Shown here piece by piece: positions 7,833 through 13,019 of a stretch of 13,019 nt of DNA. The stretch is from an uncultured delta proteobacterium (GTDB lineage Bacteria > Desulfobacterota > RBG-13-43-22). Positions within the stretch are counted from its first letter, which is position 1. Each line of letters begins with the position of its first letter. Both the position numbers and the translations under genes were made by a program. Location of the stretch: contig CAWDKY010000072.1 in NCBI GenBank assembly GCA_963802945.1, forward strand, positions 1-13,019, in the 5' to 3' direction. The notes below the pieces were generated by a model that ran no database searches, was not told the origin of the DNA, and saw only the letters and a list, made by a program, of their open reading frames with translations.

Positions 7833-9021
7833 ATGAAGATTATAAGTGTAGACGTCATGGAGCTTAAACCACGGAATAATCCCCGCTGGCGGCCTGTTGT
7901 CTGCCGTATCAATACCGATGAAGGCCTTTCTGGATATGGCGAGGCGGCCATGGCTTACGGCGTAGGCGCATCTGCCGCTTTCGGAATAATCAAAGACCTT
8001 TCTCGCATGATTATCGACAAAGATCCTCTCGATAACGAAGTAATCTGGGACAGGTTATATAAAGCCACCTTCTGGGGGCAGAACGGCGGTCCAGTGATTT
8101 TCTCTGGTATCAGTGCTATCGATATAGCCTTATGGGACATCAAGGGCAAGGCATTCAACGTTCCCGTTTACAAGCTGCTCGGAGGCAAGAGAAGGGATAA
8201 ACTAAGGGCTTATGCCAGCCAACTTCAATTCGGCTGGGGTGACAAGCTCACATCAGTCTGTACCACAGAGGATTATGCCGCCGTTGCCCGGAAGGCGGTA
8301 GCTGAAGGCTACGACGCCATCAAAATCGACTTCTTTACCTTCGATAGGGATGGAAAAAATTTTTTCTTCCGAAGATTCCACCAGATTACTCAAACCCTAT
8401 TATCTCGACTTGATTGAGGAAAGAGTTTCTGCGGTAAGAGAGGCCATTGGCCCGAAGGTCGACATCATTATAGAAGCCCATTCCTTTACCGATGCCCAGG
8501 CGGCCATCCAGATCGGAAAGAGAGCCGAAAAGTATAATATTTTTGCCTATGAAGAACCAACTACTCCGACTCCAAAGATGACCAAGCTGGTAGCCGAAAA
8601 CGTCAAAATCCCGATTGCCAGTGGAGAGAGAATTTACACCCGATGGGGCTACGCCCCTTATTTTGAAAACGGCTCGCTGGCTCTCATCCAGCCTGATTTT
8701 GGTACTTGTGGCGGGATCACCGAAGGAAAGAAGATCTGCGACATGGCTTATGCTTACGATGTAAGTGTTCAGGCGCATGTCTGTGCCAGCCCGCTTTCAA
8801 CAGCCGCAGCCCTGCATTTGGAAGCGGTCATCCATAACTTTTGTATCCATGAGCATCATGTTATCAATCTATCTTCCTTTAATAAAGAACTCTGCCTCTA
8901 TGATTATCAACCGGTTGACGGCTATATCAGAGTTCCGGAGAATCCCGGCCTGGGCAATGAATTATCCCAATACGCTTTGGAAACAGCCAATAAGTTAACG
9001 GTATCGAGGCCGAAAAAATAA
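7833..9021 (+). CDS. Mandelate racemase/muconate lactonizing enzyme family protein (enolase superfamily), split by one frameshift
   Basis: N-part: RINTDEGLSGYGEA, SAIDIALWDIKGK, PVYKLLGG, GYDAIKID. C-part: IIIEAH, YEEP, IPIASGE, QPD..TCGGITE, HEHH, PGLG. The frames join across the A6T6 run at 8354-8365. RBS AAGGAG precedes ATG 7833. It is either a sequencing indel or a pseudogene. Confidence 0.9.
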
Positions 9022-9027
9022 AAGGCG

Positions 9028-9053
9028 AGTATCTCCGGCAGAGCCGGGGGCTT
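9028..9053 (-). repeat. GC hairpin resembling an IS200/IS605-family end or REP; may also act as a terminator
   Basis: CTCCGGC-AGA-GCCGGGG at 9033-9049. The minus strand reads AAGCCCCCGGCTCTGCCGGAGATAC, like IS200-type subterminal hairpins. No tnpA is in the window. Confidence 0.5.
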
Positions 9054-9283
9054 GAAGATGGATAGCGAGAGCATAGAAGCATTAAAACGAGCCCTGATCG
9101 GGGTAAAGAATCAGAGGGAGGAGGCATTTATTTTGCTAAATGCGGTCCCGGAAGAATATTAGAAAGATGTGGTAGAATATTTCCTGATTTTAACTGGGCT
9201 CAAAAAAATTGATAATCGGCATTGAATCAAAAAACCGAATTAAGGATCCCTCAATTCCTATTTCTCAGTGATTGGAGAGTCAT

Positions 9284-9589
9284 ATGGCAAGAGGTTACTG
9301 GATCGGTAGGGTCGATATTACTGACCCAGAGAAATACAAAGAATATATTGCGGCCAATGCTGAACCATTTAAGAAGTTTGGCGCTCGCTTCTTGGTGCGG
9401 GTCGGTAGTTTTGAAAACCCAGAGGGTTCGTGCCGCTCTCGCAACATTGTGATTGAGTTTCCATCCTACCAAGCAGCACTCAATTGTTATAATTCGCCCG
9501 AATACCAAAAGGCAATTAAACTTAGGCAACCGGTGTCAAGTGGAGATATCGTTATTATTGAAGGCTATGATGGTCCACAGCCTGGGTAA
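9284..9589 (+). CDS. DUF1330 family protein
   Basis: MARGYWIGRVDITDPEKYKEY...FGARFLVR...EG..RSRNIVIEFPSYQAALNCYNSPEYQKA...DIVIIEGYDG. A GGAG RBS precedes ATG 9284. Confidence 0.92.
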   Translation: MARGYWIGRVDITDPEKYKEYIAANAEPFKKFGARFLVRVGSFENPEGSCRSRNIVIEFPSYQAALNCYNSPEYQKAIKLRQPVSSGDIVIIEGYDGPQPG

Positions 9590-9643
9590 TCGTTGGACTT
9601 TTGTGAATTTTCCAATTCCAAATTATTCAAGAGGAAGGACAAG

Positions 9644-10012
9644 ATGGGACCGATAGATTGGTTGGACCAGATCGAAGTGATCATTTCCAATTGTGACGAG
9701 CATGGGATCACCGCATTCATAAACCAGAGGGGTAGCGAGAATTTCGCCGGGTCTGGTGGCTACCAGCTCATTGGAAAGAGCATGGTGGAGTGCCACCCCG
9801 AAGGAGCTGTGCGGGAGAAGTTTGTAAATCTGTTGAAGAGCCAAAAGTTCAATTGCTATACCATCGAGAGGAAGGGCAAGAAGATGCTGGTTTACCAGAC
9901 ACCTTTATTCAAGGACGGGGATTTCGTTGGGTATAATGAGATGATCCTTCCAATCCCTAAAATCATGCCGCATTTTGTGAGGGGGTCCGAAAATACTAAA
10001 CATACGGTTTGA
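9644..10012 (+). CDS. Small stand-alone PAS-domain protein
   Basis: I..CDEHGI..FIN...LIGKSMVECHP...NCYTIERKGKKMLVYQTP...MPHFVRG. RBS GAGGAAGG precedes ATG 9644. Confidence 0.85.
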   Translation: MGPIDWLDQIEVIISNCDEHGITAFINQRGSENFAGSGGYQLIGKSMVECHPEGAVREKFVNLLKSQKFNCYTIERKGKKMLVYQTPLFKDGDFVGYNEMILPIPKIMPHFVRGSENTKHTV

Positions 10013-10153
10013 TGGGAATCAAAACTACTGTGGGTAAAAGACGGTATGGCAAGTGAAACAGGGAGTAGACTGGCTGAGAAAAGGCACAAAAGAATGCTAA
10101 GGTTTCTGGAAGATTACAAAGAGGAGATGAATCTCAATGATGAAGGATCTTGA
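10013..10153 (+). pseudogene. C-terminal stump of an HD-superfamily phosphohydrolase (YedJ-like)
   Basis: WESKLLWVKDGMASETGSRLAEKRHKRMLRFLEDYKEEMNLNDEGS* fits the pattern KLL.LKD.M.TETG..LA..RH..M..FL. Confidence 0.7.
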
Positions 10154-10328
10154 TGTGTGCTGTACCCCAAGGTTATGGATGTTAATATGGTCTTCTTGCC
10201 ATTTTCTGCTCTAAAGAAAAGAAATATCATTACCATATACTATAAACGAAGAATTCATCAGAGGATTTAAACATAACAAGATTCCCGTACTAAACATTGA
10301 AAAATCTCGTCAGTAGCGGTTTATAGAA

Positions 10329-10385
10329 GGCTAACAAATCAATCCAGCGGACGTCTTGTAGCCGCCATTGATGGCCACGTTATGC
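10329..10385 (+). other. Degenerate integron attC-like site (57 bp)
   Basis: R'' GGCTAAC, spacer AAATC, L'' AATCCAGC, then GGAC...GCCGCC, L'-like ATTGATG (4/7 of the expected GCTGATT), spacer GCCAC and R' GTTATGC. It starts 12 nt after the TAG (10314-10316) of an AT-rich reading-frame remnant. Confidence 0.65.
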
Positions 10386-10664
10386 TCACTTTCAACGGTA
10401 ATCAATAAAAGCTGTTTTTGTCAAAAAAGCCCAGCATTGCAAACTTCGTATTTTCTGTTAATAAGCAGTAAATATATGGTAATAAATTATGTCTCTTGAT
10501 ATATTAACTACTTATATAAAAATGAAAATTAATTTATACTATTTTTAGAAATAAATATCCGGGAAAGACGAACTTGGTATATTAATTGTTGGACTGGAAC
10601 CGCAACCCTCTTGTTTTTTCATCTTCCGGCAACCATCTCAAAAAACAATCGTAAGGAGAGAAAA

Positions 10665-11159
10665 ATGAAAAACACAGCAATGCTTTTATCGCTTCTTCTA
10701 CTTGTTTTAGCAGGCGCTTTTGTGGGCCAGGCAATAGCCGACGAAGCAAACAAAAAGTCGCAAACTATATCTCGGGCCGGCTCTCAGCCTTCCGACAAAG
10801 GGCCTGCGGAATATTTTACCGGCAATGTCCGCATTGACCCTCTGTTCCCTGCAAATGATTCGGCGCACTTTTCCGGCGCGTATGTCACCTTCGAGCCGGG
10901 GGCCAGATCTGCTTGGCACATTCACCCGACAGGGCAACATCTGATCGTTACCGCTGGCGTTGGCCGGACACAGGAATGGGGAGGCCCGATAGAGGAAATC
11001 AAAGCTGGCGACGTGATCTGGTGCCCGCCAGGGGTAAAGCATTGGCACGGAGCCTCACCCACCACCTCAATGACGCATATAGCCATCACGGGAACAATCA
11101 ACGGCAAAAACGTTGAATGGATGGAAAAGGTCACCGACGAGCAATACAACGGTAAATAA
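10665..11159 (+). CDS. Cupin-domain protein with a signal peptide ((R)-mandelonitrile lyase-like/QdoI-like)
   Basis: Motifs [49 protein letters not shown] and [12 protein letters not shown]. Hydrophobic N-terminus ending AIA. RBS AAGGAG. Confidence 0.93.
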   Translation: MKNTAMLLSLLLLVLAGAFVGQAIADEANKKSQTISRAGSQPSDKGPAEYFTGNVRIDPLFPANDSAHFSGAYVTFEPGARSAWHIHPTGQHLIVTAGVGRTQEWGGPIEEIKAGDVIWCPPGVKHWHGASPTTSMTHIAITGTINGKNVEWMEKVTDEQYNGK

Positions 11160-11169
11160 GGAGTTAACC

Positions 11170-11895
11170 ATGAATAAAAAAAATACAACGTTCGTGGCAC
11201 TCATATTTACCTCGATGTTTACCTTTGCAACCATCTCGGAGGCGCAGATTATGAAAAACAAAGGCTTGAATGCCAAACAGCAAAGTATCGTCACCATCGC
11301 GGCCTTTACCGCCAACGGTGATCTGCGGGAACTGAAAACGGCCCTGAATGAAGGGCTTGATGTCGGTTTGACCATCAATGAAATCAAGGAAGTCCTCGTG
11401 CAGATGTACGCCTATGCGGGATTTCCCCGAAGCCTGAACGGTATCAATGCCTTCATAGGCGTCCTGGAAGAACGGGAACAGAAAGGCATCAAGGACGAGC
11501 TTGGCAAAGAACCAAGGCCCATGCCTGCCAACAAAAGCAGCATCGAATTCGGAACGGAAATTCAGACTAGACTGATAGGAGCGCCGGCCACTGGGAAGTA
11601 TATTACTTTCTCCCCCGCCATTGATAAGTTTTTAAAAGGACACCTTTTTGGAGACATCTTCGGACGCGACAACCTGGATTTCCAGAGCAGAGAGATAGCA
11701 ACTATTTCGGCTCTGGCCAATATTGAGGGAGTCAATCCACAGCTGCAGTCTCATTTTAACATCGGGTTTAATACAGGTCTGACCGAGGCGCAGATGAGGA
11801 GCCTGATATCCGTTCTCGAAGTCAAAGTTGGCAAGAAAGCAGCCGATAATGCGAACGAAATTCTGAGCAAGGTTTTGAGCAGCAGGGCCGGCTAA
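11170..11895 (+). CDS. Carboxymuconolactone decarboxylase/AhpD-like family protein (two CMD repeats)
   Basis: Motifs [54 protein letters not shown] and QLQSH. RBS AAGGAG precedes ATG 11170. The N-terminus looks like a signal peptide. Confidence 0.92.
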   Translation: MNKKNTTFVALIFTSMFTFATISEAQIMKNKGLNAKQQSIVTIAAFTANGDLRELKTALNEGLDVGLTINEIKEVLVQMYAYAGFPRSLNGINAFIGVLEEREQKGIKDELGKEPRPMPANKSSIEFGTEIQTRLIGAPATGKYITFSPAIDKFLKGHLFGDIFGRDNLDFQSREIATISALANIEGVNPQLQSHFNIGFNTGLTEAQMRSLISVLEVKVGKKAADNANEILSKVLSSRAG

Positions 11896-11946
11896 GGATG
11901 TAGACAAACTGATACGTCTAATTAATATACGCGAAACGAGGCAGAT

Positions 11947-12429
11947 ATGGAAAAGATTCTGGTGGGTTATTTTTCCCACAGTGGCAACACTCGTGAAATT
12001 GCCAATAAAATTCACAAAAACGTGGGCGGCGATATTTTTGAAATTAAGGCCGTAAAGCCGTATCCTGATGATTACGATGCAGTTGTAAAACAAGCAAAGC
12101 AGGAATTGGATTCCGGCTACAAACCAGCATTGAAAACAAAAATTGAGAACATCAAGTCATATGATTTAGTTTTTATAGGCTACCCCATTTGGTGGGGCAC
12201 GTTTCCCGCTCCGGTCAAAACCTTTTTGTCGGAATATGGTTTCTCGGGAAAGACCATTGTACCATTTTGCACGCACGAGGGAAGCGGTCTGGGACGAAGC
12301 GTTTCGGATATCTCAAAACTTTGCCCAAAATCGACCTTGCTAGATAGTATTGCCATTTGGGGAAGGGATGTGAAAAGCGCACAAAATGAGGTTTCTGAGT
12401 GGCTGCAGAAAATTAAAATCACGAAATAA
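11947..12429 (+). CDS. Flavodoxin (Flavodoxin_4-like)
   Basis: Motifs YFSHSGNTREIA, YDLVFIGYPIWWG and GKTIVPFCTHEGSGLG. GAGG RBS. Confidence 0.95.
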   Translation: MEKILVGYFSHSGNTREIANKIHKNVGGDIFEIKAVKPYPDDYDAVVKQAKQELDSGYKPALKTKIENIKSYDLVFIGYPIWWGTFPAPVKTFLSEYGFSGKTIVPFCTHEGSGLGRSVSDISKLCPKSTLLDSIAIWGRDVKSAQNEVSEWLQKIKITK

Positions 12430-12480
12430 GAAATCTTAATGACAAGTAAAATACGATTAAAAATATTGAAGATGACGTAA

Positions 12481-12525
12481 ATAGGTAAGAAAATTTTAGC
12501 CCTGTCCGCCAGCCCAAAGGAAGGG
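12481..12525 (+). pseudogene. N-terminal stump of an NADPH-dependent FMN reductase/iron-sulfur flavoprotein family gene
   Basis: IGKKILALSASPKEG resembles MxKKILxLSxSPRKGGNS, with ATA in place of the start codon. Such genes often follow cupin/CMD/flavodoxin clusters. Confidence 0.5.
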
Positions 12526-12590
12526 AGGGCTATGGCCAAAAACGGAGCGATGATACTTCAATTTCAAGGCCGGAAAAGTCCAGCCAATTC

Positions 12591-12654
12591 TTCAATATTT
12601 CCATCCGTAATCGTTAATTTTCTGGTCTATCTTCTTAAAACATTTGTAGGTGAA
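12591..12654 (+). repeat. Repeat X copy 2
   Basis: The core 12613-12644 matches 7602-7633 at 31/32. The flanks TTCAATATTTC and AGGTGAA are shared, with small indels. Confidence 0.9.
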
Positions 12655-12759
12655 GTCCACGAGCAAGAAGGATCTGTCAGTCCTTTTCCCTTTATCAACT
12701 TCTATTTAAAAATCCCTGACCTGCAAAGTCCCAAGTCCCTTATTCTGCGAAAAATTCCC

Positions 12760-12842
12760 TCCTTCCGCTTGCCTTTGGCCCCATTTATCTTCTTGACCGG
12801 GTCTTTTTCGTCTCTTATACTCCTACTGTTAAAAGCCAAGTT
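12760..12842 (+). promoter_or_regulatory. Repeat Y copy 2: sigma70-type promoter module
   Basis: TTGACC (12793-12798)-17 bp-TATACT (12816-12821). Matches 4603-4685 at 64/83. Confidence 0.8.
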
Positions 12843-12870
12843 CTTATCAAAAAATACAGTCCTAAAGCAA

Positions 12871-12899
12871 TTGACACCAGTGAGTAGAGGGTTTACTGT
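12871..12899 (+). promoter_or_regulatory. Possible second sigma70 promoter
   Basis: TTGACA-17 bp-TACTGT, upstream of the gene at 12969. Confidence 0.45.
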
Positions 12900-12968
12900 T
12901 CCGTATCCGACAAAGGCTCTGGACAGAAAGGAATGCCTCTTGGGCATCACCTCAGGAGATTGAAGACT

Positions 12969-13019
12969 ATGCCAAAAAACCGTCTTATGACCTTCGCAGT
13001 GATCCTGCTGACTATCGCT
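12969..13019 (+). CDS. 5' end of a probable exported or membrane protein (runs off the window)
   Basis: AGGAG RBS, then MPKNRLMTFAVILLTIA, which has a basic n-region and a hydrophobic h-region. Confidence 0.6.
   Translation, partial: MPKNRLMTFAVILLTIA

Noticed and set aside
8356-8363. Slippery heptamer A-AAT-TTT as a programmed -1 frameshift
   Set aside because: The downstream half of the gene is in the +1 frame, so a -1 shift would not join the two halves.
1285-12963. Remaining ORF-track entries (all minus-strand ORFs and short plus-strand ORFs such as 7440-7688 and 12532-12963)
   Set aside because: They are shadows of real genes or run across non-coding repeats, and they have no recognisable family motifs.
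1-13019. CRISPR array, tRNA, rRNA, riboswitch, intact integrase or transposase
   Set aside because: No regularly spaced repeats, cloverleaf, recognisable aptamer or recombinase catalytic motifs were seen.

Overview
This window has two parts. (1) 1-~1730 holds two truncated, multiply frameshifted gene fragments of very different base composition: a Bacteroidota-style GT-C-like membrane protein, then a very GC-rich TPR-like protein. They join abruptly, which most likely reflects low-quality or chimeric long-read sequence. (2) ~1730-13019 is an accessory patchwork, probably from an anaerobic Desulfobacterota/'deltaproteobacterium' (inference). It encodes an ICMT-family methyltransferase, an OYE-family flavin oxidoreductase, a universal stress protein, an MFS transporter, a frameshifted enolase-superfamily enzyme, a DUF1330 protein, a small PAS protein, a cupin-CMD-flavodoxin operon and the start of an exported protein. 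All are on the + strand. The spacers are filled with short, also co-oriented, stumps of other genes (methyltransferase-like, nitroreductase, IS110, NDT-like, HD hydrolase, FMN reductase). They also carry one degenerate and one half attC-like site and two recurring non-coding modules: a 32-bp near-identical core (X), and an 83-bp promoter-bearing repeat (Y) whose homology stops at AAGTT just ahead of unrelated genes. No integrase, intact transposase, CRISPR array or RNA gene is visible. The main hypothesis is a directional gene-accretion array with portable promoter modules. All family calls come from motif recognition by eye, not database searches.
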